A stretch of 64,000 nt of DNA from Calditrichales bacterium (GCA_965267575.1 OZ254086.1:2784001-2848000); one strand, 5' to 3'; shown: positions 1 to 10,083, counted from the first letter of the stretch. A program made the numbers and translations. Notes: generated from the letters alone by a model not told the origin.

Positions 1-666
1 GGGGCGCGTTACAGGGAATACGTTTATGAGATAAAGGCACCTTCGTTTATAAATGTCGATATATTGGGCGATGACGGAAACGTGGAGATAGAAAATCTTA
101 ACGGTAATGTCAATTGCAGAGTCGACGACGGGCGGATTTTTATTATGAACTTAAACGGCGACCTGAAGGCTGAGACCGAAGACGGAGACCTGCGCCTGGA
201 GGCTGTAAAAGGTCGCGTCAGCGTAAAGTCGGAAGATGGCAGTATTCATCTTGATGATATCACCGCCGATGAGGCTGAGATTTCCAGCAAAGACGGTCGC
301 ATTAAAGGGCGTGCAATTCGCGCTTCCATTTATGCGGCAACCGATGACGGTGATATCACTTTAAGTGAAGTTTCCGGGGAGCGATTAATGGCCCGAAGCA
401 AAGACGGTGATGTTGAAATAGATGTTGACGGCGCCATTACCGATGTCGATATTTCCACGGATGACGGGCGCATTGTGCTGGATATGCGTGATCCTGTTAA
501 TGCTGACTTTACCATTCAGTCTAACGACGGTTACATAAGCATGGATCTCAGGGATGTTCAAATAACGCAGGATCGCAAAAACTACCGGCGCGGTGTACTG
601 GGTGACGGCAAAGGCTCCATAAGGCTGGAATCGCGCGACGGTTCGATTCGGTTTTCTATAAAATAA
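1..666 (+). CDS. DUF4097-like beta-strand repeat protein, 5'-truncated by window edge
   Basis: Frame is open from position 1; about 20-aa repeats of the form (S/T)xDGxI (e.g. SEDGSI, SKDGRI, TDDGDI). Confidence 0.8.
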   Translation, partial: GARYREYVYEIKAPSFINVDILGDDGNVEIENLNGNVNCRVDDGRIFIMNLNGDLKAETEDGDLRLEAVKGRVSVKSEDGSIHLDDITADEAEISSKDGRIKGRAIRASIYAATDDGDITLSEVSGERLMARSKDGDVEIDVDGAITDVDISTDDGRIVLDMRDPVNADFTIQSNDGYISMDLRDVQITQDRKNYRRGVLGDGKGSIRLESRDGSIRFSIK

Positions 667-678
667 AGGCTTAATTTA

Positions 679-1452
679 ATGGCTGCTTCAAAACTTAAGG
701 ACTACAGTTTTATCCTTTCGCTTTGCTTTTTGTGCATCGTTGGCGGCTTTTTCATATACCAGGAAATCGAAAAGCGCAGTGTTTTATTTTATCTTGAGGC
801 TGTACAGGAAACGGTAGCGGAGATGATCCCCGAGCAGCAGGAGCGTGATAAATTTAACCAGGCGTTCGCCAGTTTTTTGGAGAGGGTCGAAGAGGAAGGA
901 CTTGAACGTTCCGAGATCGACAGCCTTTCTAAAAAGGTACTTGGCTTACGTTTTAAAAAAGATTCCATTGCTTTTGCAGAGGCCGCCTCGGTAATCCCGG
1001 CAGAGAAACCAGGCGAACCCGATAAGCCGGCCGGCCTTTCGCGCCTTATTGTTGAGGTGCCCAAAGGCGATTGGGATAACGAACGAACAAGCTTTTTGGC
1101 ATCTGTCAGCCTGAATGATTCGCTAAGGAAGGTTGAAAATCAATTCGCCAAAGTGCTGAATAAACTGGAAACACAGGTGTCATTACGTGAGCAAAGCCAC
1201 GAGAGCGTGATTAAGGAACTGCAACAATCAGCGGAACGCGTGACCCGACTGGAGCTTCAGCTTTCCAAATTGAAGGGCGGAAATAGAGAGGCCTGGCAGG
1301 AGGTTGAACGAAAGCTTGCCATTGAGCTGCAGAAACTGAAAGAACGCAGTATAAACGTTCAAAAGGAAATTGTGGATATTAAAAGACTTGAGAAGGAAAT
1401 TGAAAAGCAAAAAGCAGCCATTAAAGTTGAAGCAAGTCCTGATGCACCCTAG
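679..1452 (+). CDS. Hypothetical membrane-anchored coiled-coil protein
   Basis: N-terminal hydrophobic segment; E/K/L/Q-rich heptad-like C-terminal half; 12 bp after the upstream gene. Confidence 0.7.
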   Translation: MAASKLKDYSFILSLCFLCIVGGFFIYQEIEKRSVLFYLEAVQETVAEMIPEQQERDKFNQAFASFLERVEEEGLERSEIDSLSKKVLGLRFKKDSIAFAEAASVIPAEKPGEPDKPAGLSRLIVEVPKGDWDNERTSFLASVSLNDSLRKVENQFAKVLNKLETQVSLREQSHESVIKELQQSAERVTRLELQLSKLKGGNREAWQEVERKLAIELQKLKERSINVQKEIVDIKRLEKEIEKQKAAIKVEASPDAP

Positions 1453-1516
1453 TTGATGGTTTTTATTTTAGCGGGCCATGGTTATATTCCATCACGCTAA
1501 ATCAGGACGATTCGTT

Positions 1517-2491
1517 ATGCGCATATTTTTGTTAATTTTATTTTTCTTTGCCAGCCTTACTGCATCAGAGCAAAAATTTGCCCGCATTGCACATTTTACA
1601 TTCGAAAACGGAAGCGTCGCAGACACGCTGCTCGTCGGTTATCGTACGTTCGGCAATTTAAATGACGATTCTTCCAATGTTATAGTGCTTCCTACTTATT
1701 TCAGCGGACGCTCCGCCTCCGTGAGTAACCTGGTTGGCCCCGGCAAGCTGATAGATTCGACACACTATTACATTATTATTGTGGACGCGCTGGGCAACGG
1801 CGTATCTGCGTCACCATCCAATTTCGCGGCAATGCCGGCCTTTACAATCGGTGACATGGTGCAGAGCCAGTATCTGCTGTTGACCGCGCATTTCAAATTT
1901 AAAAAGGTTTACGCGCTGTTGGGCGGCTCTATGGGAGGCATGCAGGTCTTTGAATGGCAAAAACGTTATCCTTGGTTTTTCAGTAAAGCGGTTTCTTATG
2001 TTTCAACACCACGACCCGCTGTTTATGACCAGCATTACTGGGGAATGCAGCGTTACCTCATCGAGTCGGGCAGGGCGACCGGACTACCCGATTCCGTAAT
2101 ACGCGGAAACCTGAATCTGACGCAAAATATACAGGCCACATCACCGGACTATATCAATGACCGCGTCCAACGCGACGAGTTTGATAGCTACTTCGAGAAA
2201 ATGATAAACGCCGCTCCCGGTGTTTTTACGATCGATAACTGGCTTGCCCAGGTTAATGCGATGCTTAGTCTTAATGCCTTGCCCGGGAGCGATAGCAAAT
2301 GGTCTTCAATGAAGGAGCGGTTTTTAATCATCGTTTCCGCCAATGACCGGCTGGTTACACCTCAGCCTGCGATTTCATACGCAAAAACTTATGATTGCAG
2401 TCTGGTCATACTGGAAAATGAATGCGGCCATTACGCCGTCGGTTGCGAGTTGGCGCGCTGTGCTCACATTATAGAAAACTTTTTACAATAA
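1517..2491 (+). CDS. Alpha/beta hydrolase, homoserine O-acetyltransferase-like, with signal peptide
   Basis: YRTFGNLN, LVGPGKLID, GGSMGG nucleophile elbow and C-terminal GH; signal-like MRIFLLILFFFASLTA at ATG 1517. Confidence 0.8.
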   Translation: MRIFLLILFFFASLTASEQKFARIAHFTFENGSVADTLLVGYRTFGNLNDDSSNVIVLPTYFSGRSASVSNLVGPGKLIDSTHYYIIIVDALGNGVSASPSNFAAMPAFTIGDMVQSQYLLLTAHFKFKKVYALLGGSMGGMQVFEWQKRYPWFFSKAVSYVSTPRPAVYDQHYWGMQRYLIESGRATGLPDSVIRGNLNLTQNIQATSPDYINDRVQRDEFDSYFEKMINAAPGVFTIDNWLAQVNAMLSLNALPGSDSKWSSMKERFLIIVSANDRLVTPQPAISYAKTYDCSLVILENECGHYAVGCELARCAHIIENFLQ

Positions 2492-2502
2492 GGAGGTTCA
2501 TT

Positions 2503-2706
2503 GTGGAAAAGATTGCCTACGCGTTGCTGGGCTTTGTCGCGGTGGTCTGGATTCTTGGGATGATTGCCGGCATGGTTGCTGCCTGGCCGTTCGGCTTTTT
2601 CGGGCTTATCGCTATTGTGGCTTTTGGTTTATTGCTGATAAAGGTGATAAAAGAAAGACTATCCAACAAAGAAGATGATTATTACGAAAAAAACGTTCAA
2701 CAGTAA
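2503..2706 (+). CDS. Small two-TM membrane protein
   Basis: AGGAGG RBS at 2491 before GTG 2503; two hydrophobic helices, then charged tail ERLSNKEDDYYEKNV. Confidence 0.7.
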   Translation: MEKIAYALLGFVAVVWILGMIAGMVAAWPFGFFGLIAIVAFGLLLIKVIKERLSNKEDDYYEKNVQQ

Positions 2707-2714
2707 GGTGCACA

Positions 2715-3035
2715 ATGAAGATAACAACGCAGGATAATTTTTCGGAGTATGAAATTACAGAAACCCTAGGAGTTGTGAGGGGAAACACCATTCGCGCCCG
2801 CCATATTGGTAAAGATATACTGGCCACGTTAAGAAATGTTGTAGGTGGTGAAATTAGCGAGTATACTAAGATGCTGGCCGAAGCAAGGGAGCAGTCCCTG
2901 GACCGCATGAAAAAAAATGCCGCCGATCTTGGAGCGGATGGTATAGTAGGAGTGCGTTTTATGACATCCGCGGTAATGCAGGGTGCGGCCGAACTGCTCG
3001 CTTTTGGTACGGCGGTAAAGATAAAGAAAAAATGA
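2715..3035 (+). CDS. YbjQ/UPF0145 family protein
   Basis: LGVVRG...VGGEISEYTKMLAEARE..L.RM...A..LGADGIVGVRF...AFGTAV signature. Confidence 0.9.
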   Translation: MKITTQDNFSEYEITETLGVVRGNTIRARHIGKDILATLRNVVGGEISEYTKMLAEAREQSLDRMKKNAADLGADGIVGVRFMTSAVMQGAAELLAFGTAVKIKKK

Positions 3036-3042
3036 GGCACGT

Positions 3043-3405
3043 ATGGCAAGACCGGTAGATCTTAAGCAATTAATCAGACTTATTCACGATCAAAAAGACG
3101 TTGAAGCGAATCTTATCCTGGACGAAGGCTGCGTAATTCATACCGAAGATGCGGCTCCCCTCGTTAAGGTCATCAACTATTTTATGAATTACCTGAGCGG
3201 TTTAACCGACAGGCCTCTTGAGATTGCCCTGGATCTTATGCCCGGTTCTTTTTTGCTGAGCCTGATGGCCTTTACGGACAAGCAGGAGCTTGACCAGCTA
3301 AGTGATAACCTGGAAGGCGCGCTAAAAGACTATAATGCCTCTTTTGAAGTGAAGCACGACCAGGGAAATTACGTGCAGATAAAAATAAGTTTTTCCAACA
3401 ATTGA
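3043..3405 (+). CDS. Hypothetical 120-aa protein, possible degenerate HATPase_c-like fold; paralog of 38599..38961
   Basis: Shares PLVKVINY..NY, AL..YNA and G.YVQ..ISF with 38599..38961. Confidence 0.7.
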   Translation: MARPVDLKQLIRLIHDQKDVEANLILDEGCVIHTEDAAPLVKVINYFMNYLSGLTDRPLEIALDLMPGSFLLSLMAFTDKQELDQLSDNLEGALKDYNASFEVKHDQGNYVQIKISFSNN

Positions 3406-3474
3406 GAATCCCTTCGATGTAACAAAGCAGGGCAGCCTCCGTATCACAAGCAAAAGAACTGCAAGGAGGTTGCC

Positions 3475-5205
3475 ATGCGTCGTTTATTATTATTCTCTTT
3501 CATTTTCGCCTTTTGGGGCGGGAATGCTTTTGCGCAGGAAGCACTTGTTTCCATGGAGCGTTTTTACCCCGAACAACTGGAAGTTGCAGGTTTCACACTG
3601 GACACTGAAACCGAGATTCTTATAGAAGCTTCTTCGCTACAGCCCTACCGCAACAGAAGATCCAAACCCGTTAACGATGCCTGGATTCTAAACAGCGACT
3701 CCCGCGAAATCGTCTGGGAGATGCGCTACGCCGATGACGTTGACCGCGATCGTGATATTATCCGTTTTGCCAACCGCGTAACGTTGCCTCCCGGCAATTA
3801 TGAGGCTTACTTTTCCAGCTATGTAAACAATTATTATTTTAACGATTGGGATGACCACCCCGGCGATTTTTTTGACAATCTGTTTGGACACATCTTTTAT
3901 GACCATGATGATCCGCGACGCCTCGATTATGACGAGCTTTATTTCCGAGTGAGCGGCAACGGCCGTCCCGTTGATGAGCAGACTGTTTTCAACTGGCAGG
4001 AGCAAGCCAAGGATAATGCCTTAATCAACTGGACCAATTTGCGCGATGATGCCTATTTTGAAAAGATCCTGTATGTGACCGCAGAAGCGGAAATTAGTAT
4101 TTATGCCCTGGGCGAAGCGCGGGATGACGGCGCTTATGACTTCGGGCAACTGATACGCCTGGACAACCGGGACAAAGTGTGGGAGTTGGACTACCGTAAA
4201 TCCGGTCACGCAGGCGGTGCGACGAAAAACCGCCTGAGCGATGAAGTGGTGAGGTTATCTCCCGGTTATTACAAGATATTTTATGTAACCGACGATTCGC
4301 ACAGCTACCGACGCTGGAACTCGTCACCTCCTTATGACCCTGCTTTTTGGGGCATCGTTATTAAGCCGGAGTCGGACAATGCGGCACAAAGCATCCAGGT
4401 AATCGATGATGAAGAATATTCCCGGCAGCATCCGACCGTGGTCGAGTTTGAGCGTGTGGGTGATAACGATTATCGCATGGAAGGCTTCACATTGAAAAAA
4501 GAGTTGAAGCTTCATATCTACGCGCTGGGTGAGGGACGCGACGGCGACATGTATGATTATGGCTGGATCGTTGAAGCCAAATCCCGTGATCGTGTCTGGG
4601 AAATGGATTATTTTGATACGGAAAACGCCGGTGGTGCAGATAAGAACCGCCTTTTTGATGGCATAATAACTTTACCGGCCGGTGACTATACGGCCTATTA
4701 CGTAACCGACGGATCGCATTCTTACATCCACTGGAACAGCGGTAAACCGGTTAACCCGCGCAAGTGGGGTATGACGATCAGCGTTATTGATGAAAACTAT
4801 ACCGAGGGCGATGTTGTTGCCTATGAGCCTACTGAGGACAAAGATGTTCTGGCGCGTATTATCCGCGTAGAAGATCATGACAGGGCGCGCAGTACATTTA
4901 AACTGGAGCAGGACAGCTGGGTGCATATTTATGCCATGGGCGAAGGCCTGCATAATGAAATGTACGATTATGCCTGGATTGAAGACGCGCGTGGTGGACG
5001 AATCGTGTGGGAGATGACCTACCGTATGACGCGTAATGCCGGCGGGGCGCGAAAAAACCGCCTTTTTAATGACCGCATTTATCTTGAAGCCGGTGAATAT
5101 GAAGTGCACTACCGTTCGGACGATTCACACAGTTTCTCGCACTGGAATGATGACCCTCCTTACGATCCGTTTAATTACGGAATCACTGTTACACTGGCCA
5201 AATAA
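3475..5205 (+). CDS. Secreted protein made of four tandem copies of a ~130-aa domain
   Basis: Signal peptide ending AFA-Q; repeated IYA(L/M)GE..YD...VWE..AGGA.KNRL..D.SHS..WN motifs; AAGGAGG RBS. Confidence 0.85.
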   Translation: MRRLLLFSFIFAFWGGNAFAQEALVSMERFYPEQLEVAGFTLDTETEILIEASSLQPYRNRRSKPVNDAWILNSDSREIVWEMRYADDVDRDRDIIRFANRVTLPPGNYEAYFSSYVNNYYFNDWDDHPGDFFDNLFGHIFYDHDDPRRLDYDELYFRVSGNGRPVDEQTVFNWQEQAKDNALINWTNLRDDAYFEKILYVTAEAEISIYALGEARDDGAYDFGQLIRLDNRDKVWELDYRKSGHAGGATKNRLSDEVVRLSPGYYKIFYVTDDSHSYRRWNSSPPYDPAFWGIVIKPESDNAAQSIQVIDDEEYSRQHPTVVEFERVGDNDYRMEGFTLKKELKLHIYALGEGRDGDMYDYGWIVEAKSRDRVWEMDYFDTENAGGADKNRLFDGIITLPAGDYTAYYVTDGSHSYIHWNSGKPVNPRKWGMTISVIDENYTEGDVVAYEPTEDKDVLARIIRVEDHDRARSTFKLEQDSWVHIYAMGEGLHNEMYDYAWIEDARGGRIVWEMTYRMTRNAGGARKNRLFNDRIYLEAGEYEVHYRSDDSHSFSHWNDDPPYDPFNYGITVTLAK

Positions 5206-5215
5206 ACTGCACGTG

Positions 5216-5244
5216 AAAGCCCGGTATCTGCCGGGCTTTTTTTT
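5216..5244 (+). terminator. Rho-independent terminator
   Basis: AAAGCCCGG-TATCTG-CCGGGCTTT followed by a T run. Confidence 0.8.
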
Positions 5245-5318
5245 AACTTTTTCTGGAATTTTTACCACTTCCCCTTAATTTACCGTTTTTCATATCTTTG
5301 AAAATAAAAGGGGAGAAC

Positions 5319-6653
5319 ATGGCAAAGTCAGCAAACAACACATCCAATTCACCTATCCAGGAGTTTATTCACAGTGAAAGCGCTTCCGGCATTTTCCTGA
5401 TCATTGCGGCAGCATTGGCATTGATCTGGGCTAATACACCGGCTGCCGGCTTTTACACGGCTATGCTGCAGGTGCCGGTGCAACTCGGCTTTGGCGCGCT
5501 GCTGATCGATAAGCCGCTTATCCTTTGGGTTAACGATGGTTTGATGGCCATATTTTTTCTGCTGGTTGGCCTGGAGATAAAACGTGAATTGATTTACGGT
5601 GAGCTGAGCACGTTCAAAGCAGCCATGTTGCCCATGTTTGCCGCCGTCGGTGGGGTGGTTGTACCCGCGGCCATTTATATTGCCATGAATGGCGGTACTG
5701 AGTTTGAAGCGGGCTGGGCTATACCCATGGCCACGGATATCGCCTTCGCGCTGGGGATTCTCTCGCTGCTGGGTTCACGCGTGCCGGTTTGGGCCAAGGT
5801 GTTCCTGACGGCGCTGGCGATTGTGGACGACCTGATGGCCATTCTCGTTATTGCCGTTTTTTACACGGCCAAAATCAGCTTTGCCGCACTGGGCTGGAGC
5901 TTTTTCTTCTTCGCCGTCCTCATCGTTCTAAATATGTTCCGTGTAAATCGCCTCGCTCCTTACATGATTGTGGGATTCTTTATGTGGGTAGCGATGCTGA
6001 AATCGGGTGTGCACGCTACAATTGCAGGTGTGATGCTGGGCTTTGCCATCCCTGTTGCGCGCAGCAGCTTTTTGAAAGATATGGTCGACGGGCTCAAGCG
6101 CCAGATAGCTAATCTGGAAGCTTCGATTAAAAATGACAAAGGTGAGCATCCTGCCGATGAAGTAAAAGAGACGGCATTGAATTATTTTTCCGATGTGGTG
6201 GTCAAGACAGAATCGCCGCTGCACCGGCTGGAGCACAAGCTGCATCCCTGGGTGGCCTTTTTCATCATGCCTGTGTTTGCGCTTTTTAACGCCGGGGTAA
6301 CTTTTAACGCAGCCATGCTTGGTGAGGCATTCAGTTCCACATTGACCTGGGGTATTATCCTGGGATTGTTTGTCGGCAAACAGATTGGTATTTTTGCCTT
6401 TACATTTATCGCGCAAAAAATGGGCTTTAGCTCGTTTGAGCCCAATGCGAACAATCAAAAGATCCTGTATGGCCTGGGACTTTTGGGAGGCATCGGTTTT
6501 ACCATGTCGCTGTTTATCGCTAACCTGGCCTTCAGCGATCCGGCGGTTCTCGATTTTGCGCGCATAGGCATCTTTGTGGCCTCCTTTTTCAGCGCGGTGA
6601 TCGGATATATGATTCTGCGCAGTGTCCCGGAAACTAAAGAGAGCAGAGCATGA
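5319..6653 (+). CDS. nhaA: Na+/H+ antiporter NhaA
   Basis: WVNDGLMAIFFLLVGLEIKRE, MATDIAF, LAIVDD, KSGVHAT and GIGFTMSLFI motifs. Confidence 0.95.
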   Translation: MAKSANNTSNSPIQEFIHSESASGIFLIIAAALALIWANTPAAGFYTAMLQVPVQLGFGALLIDKPLILWVNDGLMAIFFLLVGLEIKRELIYGELSTFKAAMLPMFAAVGGVVVPAAIYIAMNGGTEFEAGWAIPMATDIAFALGILSLLGSRVPVWAKVFLTALAIVDDLMAILVIAVFYTAKISFAALGWSFFFFAVLIVLNMFRVNRLAPYMIVGFFMWVAMLKSGVHATIAGVMLGFAIPVARSSFLKDMVDGLKRQIANLEASIKNDKGEHPADEVKETALNYFSDVVVKTESPLHRLEHKLHPWVAFFIMPVFALFNAGVTFNAAMLGEAFSSTLTWGIILGLFVGKQIGIFAFTFIAQKMGFSSFEPNANNQKILYGLGLLGGIGFTMSLFIANLAFSDPAVLDFARIGIFVASFFSAVIGYMILRSVPETKESRA

Positions 6654-7066
6654 CACACAAAATTTTTACCGCCTTTATATTTGCTTCAATATTCGCCGTT
6701 TCCTGTAATGCTCAGGATGGGGCGCAGGGGGCAAAGATAACAATTCAAGAACGGTTGCATCACTTTGGCGAGGTGCAATCGGACACGCTGTTGAGCCACA
6801 CCTTTACCTTTGAAAACAGCGGCAGTGATACGCTGGTGGTGGAAGAGCTTTCCGCCAGTTGCGGCTGCACCGCGGCCCTGCTGGACAACGCCAGGCTGGC
6901 CCCAGGCGAAAAAGGCGAAGTGAAGGTAACGCTGAATACGCGCGGCAAAAGGGGCAATGTGCGCCAGAGCGTGGACATTTTTACCAATGATGAAAACGCC
7001 TGGTTTGTGACGGTTTTTGTTGAAGCGACGGTTCTTCCAAAACAGAAGCCGCACAGTGCAAAATAA
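6650..7066 (+). CDS. DUF1573 domain (Ig-like) exported protein
   Basis: FENSGSDTL....SCGCT...LAPGEKG motif; signal peptide. Confidence 0.85.
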   Translation: MTHKIFTAFIFASIFAVSCNAQDGAQGAKITIQERLHHFGEVQSDTLLSHTFTFENSGSDTLVVEELSASCGCTAALLDNARLAPGEKGEVKVTLNTRGKRGNVRQSVDIFTNDENAWFVTVFVEATVLPKQKPHSAK

Positions 7067-7946
7067 CCGCAAGGCTTATCTTTTTACCGCGCTGGCCATT
7101 CTTTTCTGGGCCACGGCCGCCAGTGCCTTTAAGATTGCCCTAGCGCAGGTCTCACCGTTTGTTCTGCTTTTTTATAGCGCGTTTTTCTCGCTGCTGATCC
7201 TTGGTGGCGTTTTAGTGGCTCAAAAGAAATTGCGCCTGCTCAAAGCCGGCCCTTCCTTCTGGATACACTCTGCGCTGGCCGGTTTTCTCAATCCATTTCT
7301 CTACTATTTTATACTGTTTCAGGCTTACGACCGTCTGCCCGGGCAGGTGGCCATGGCTTTAAATTATTTATGGCCGATTGTCTTAATGCTGTTGGCCATT
7401 CCGCTGCTGCGCCAGTCGGTTTCCTCGCGCCAGGTGCTGGCAATCCTGATCAGTTTTGGCGGCTCGCTGATTATTGCCACCAAAGGACAGATTACCGTTT
7501 TCAGCGGGCTGGACGGTCCGGGCGTGGCGCTGGCGCTGGGCAGCACCGTCATCTGGGCGCTGTTCTGGCTTATCAATACCCGCGATAAGCACGACCCCGT
7601 TTTGAAGCTGTTTGGAGGATTTGTATTTGGCGCTTTCTACAGCCTGCTGCCAATGCTGATCACGGAAGGTTTTGTAGTGCCGCAGTTTATGGCTACGGCG
7701 GCATTGCTTTACATCGGCGCGTTTGAAATGGGCTTCACCTTTGTGCTCTGGCTCAGCGCGCTCAAATACGCCGAACGCGCCGCCCAGGTGGGACAGCTTA
7801 TCTACATCACACCCTTTTTATCGCTGCTCTTTTTATGGCTGATTATTGATGAGGCGATTTATCTTTCCACGGTCGCAGGGCTGGTCTTAATAGTTGGCGG
7901 AATTATGCTGAATCAAAAGAAAAAAAAGCCGGCCCGGCAGGCGTGA
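7056..7946 (+). CDS. DMT/EamA family transporter
   Basis: About 10 TM segments in two EamA-like halves (LFWAT, LNYLWP); start uncertain, GTG 7056 chosen. Confidence 0.85.
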   Translation: MQNNRKAYLFTALAILFWATAASAFKIALAQVSPFVLLFYSAFFSLLILGGVLVAQKKLRLLKAGPSFWIHSALAGFLNPFLYYFILFQAYDRLPGQVAMALNYLWPIVLMLLAIPLLRQSVSSRQVLAILISFGGSLIIATKGQITVFSGLDGPGVALALGSTVIWALFWLINTRDKHDPVLKLFGGFVFGAFYSLLPMLITEGFVVPQFMATAALLYIGAFEMGFTFVLWLSALKYAERAAQVGQLIYITPFLSLLFLWLIIDEAIYLSTVAGLVLIVGGIMLNQKKKKPARQA

Positions 7947-7970
7947 TATGCGCGGCAACCGGCTTATTAC

Positions 7971-9104
7971 TCAAAACGTGTAGTCGCCACCCAGGCTTAA
8001 CCATGTGCGCTGCATAGTTTCCGAAGAGCTAAAATGGCTGTCGGCAATTTCTAAACGCAGGCCTACAGGCCCGGTTGTGTATTGCACACCGAAGTGCAAA
8101 ATGGTGCGGTCCTGCTCTTCAAAAAGGGAATCATACTCTTTGCTTAATTCGCGTTCTGTTACAAGAACGCCGGCTGTCCACTGCCACATCGGATTTATTG
8201 TATTTATTACGTGGAAGCCTGTTTCATATAACCCGTCAAGCGCGTCATTGGCCCGGTTCGTTGTCCTTATTGCAAACGAAGAAGCCATTCGCCATGATTC
8301 TGATGGTTTTATCTGAAAAGAAAGAAACAGTTTATCGTCGCGATGAACAATGTACTCTGTACTTCGGCTTGTGTAATTAACAACGTTTGTGTCAATTACA
8401 GAAACCAATCCTGAATCATTGCGCCACGAATCTTCAAAATTGCTGCTCAAGTTATATAAAACACCGATTTCAAAAATATCAAATTCGAAATTTACACCCG
8501 CCTGTGCTGAGAAAGCTCCTGACGACTCGTCAATATTTAATCGCCATACGTGCTCCTTTATCTCAAAAAGATTATAATTTATCCGGGCACCGATGCTCAA
8601 TTTTTCGCTCAGTTCGTATCCTGCGCCGAGCCCAAAATTATGAATGACATTGCTTCTCTCAAAAGTGTAGTACTCACCTGTTCCTTCCGGCTGATTCACG
8701 GTGCTTATTTCAAACTTGTCCGATATCTTTGATTCGTAAGAACGGTGATAAGAAACAGCCAGCGCACCCCTCGGGAAGGGGAGAATAAATCCAACAGAAG
8801 CAGGAATTACGGGCGAATAGCTTTGCTCACCTTTACCAATAATAAATTCATCAACGTCCGTTGCATAGTCAAAGCGAACTCCGGCTACCATCTTGTTAAA
8901 GCCCACCAAAGCAGCCGGGCTGCTGCTACCGGCTTCACCGGGAGCAACGGAAAACAAATTGCTAAACCCAATAGCGTGGCTGTTCTCAACAGCGTAACCG
9001 AAAGCCGGTAAAGCGAGGGATTGGCTAACCCGCGTGAGATCGCCGGCCAATACGTTTAAACCTGTAAATAAAATCGCAAAAACGATCAGGCAGAATCTTT
9101 TCAT
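7971..9104 (-). CDS. Outer-membrane beta-barrel protein (FadL/PorV-like)
   Basis: Signal peptide, SPAAL (NPA-like) motif, amphipathic strands, C-terminal aromatic YTF. Confidence 0.65.
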   Translation of the reverse strand: MKRFCLIVFAILFTGLNVLAGDLTRVSQSLALPAFGYAVENSHAIGFSNLFSVAPGEAGSSSPAALVGFNKMVAGVRFDYATDVDEFIIGKGEQSYSPVIPASVGFILPFPRGALAVSYHRSYESKISDKFEISTVNQPEGTGEYYTFERSNVIHNFGLGAGYELSEKLSIGARINYNLFEIKEHVWRLNIDESSGAFSAQAGVNFEFDIFEIGVLYNLSSNFEDSWRNDSGLVSVIDTNVVNYTSRSTEYIVHRDDKLFLSFQIKPSESWRMASSFAIRTTNRANDALDGLYETGFHVINTINPMWQWTAGVLVTERELSKEYDSLFEEQDRTILHFGVQYTTGPVGLRLEIADSHFSSSETMQRTWLSLGGDYTF

Positions 9105-9180
9105 GGTAAAATCCTTTTTAGCAATACCGCCATCCGGGCCTTTTAGGGAAGTCTCCTAAAACAATTTCCGGCTATATAAA

Positions 9181-10083
9181 TTAGTGCCCGCTCAGTGGTT
9201 GCCCGGCAATAGTTACCTTTGTGCGATAAACCGCGTTGGTCTCGTCCTCTGTCACGTAGACCGTTTTCAAATCGGGCCCGGCAAACTCGATATTGCTGGG
9301 TTGCTTGCCGGGTGCCGGCTGCTCCTGGATAATCGTACCATCCGGCGCAATGACGTAAATGGTGCCGCCACCAAAATGCGGGATATAGAGATTGCCTTCC
9401 ACATCAAAAGCTAAACCATCGGGATCGCCACCCGGCAACGCGATGAAAACCTCTTTGTCCGCCAGGCTGCCATCTTCGTTTATGGTAAAACGCAGTACCT
9501 GCTCGCGCGCCGATTCACTCAGGTATAGCTTACCGTCTCTTGGCGAAATGGCGATACCATTGGGAAAAGTGAGTCCGTCGGCAACAAGCGTGGCTTCGCC
9601 CGTTTCGCCATTTATATAAAAAACGCGTCCGTCTTCAATATCGCGGCCATAGCTTTTGGGATCGCTGATGTAGAGGTTGCCTTTTTTATCAAACACCAGG
9701 TCATTGGGTCGGTTAAAGGCGGAATCACCGTCGCCGCTGCAGAAGATCTCCACGTCCGCCTGTTCGGACATGCGCAAGACCGCGCCAATTCCAAAATCAC
9801 AGCCGTAGAGATAGCCGTCCGGTCCCACAGTAAGGCCGTTTGTTTTTTGGAATATACTGTCGCTGTCGGTTAAAAATGTATCAACAACGCCGCTGCTGTA
9901 CCGTGTAATCCAGCCGCCGTTGCAGTTGGAGACGTAGAGCGTTCCGTCATAGTCCCAGGCCGGCCCTTCCGGGAAAGCCAGGTTATCGGCCACTTTTTCC
10001 CAGGTGCCGCCAAAAGGCTTTTGTGCCTCGCATGAAACAATCGCAAATAAAATAAAAGCTAAAAAAAGTAGGATGTAGCGCAT
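9181..10083 (-). CDS. SMP-30/gluconolactonase/LRE family protein, exported
   Basis: FPEGPAW, FNRPND, FPNGIA, GDPDGL and PSNIEFAG propeller motifs. Confidence 0.9.
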   Translation of the reverse strand: MRYILLFLAFILFAIVSCEAQKPFGGTWEKVADNLAFPEGPAWDYDGTLYVSNCNGGWITRYSSGVVDTFLTDSDSIFQKTNGLTVGPDGYLYGCDFGIGAVLRMSEQADVEIFCSGDGDSAFNRPNDLVFDKKGNLYISDPKSYGRDIEDGRVFYINGETGEATLVADGLTFPNGIAISPRDGKLYLSESAREQVLRFTINEDGSLADKEVFIALPGGDPDGLAFDVEGNLYIPHFGGGTIYVIAPDGTIIQEQPAPGKQPSNIEFAGPDLKTVYVTEDETNAVYRTKVTIAGQPLSGH

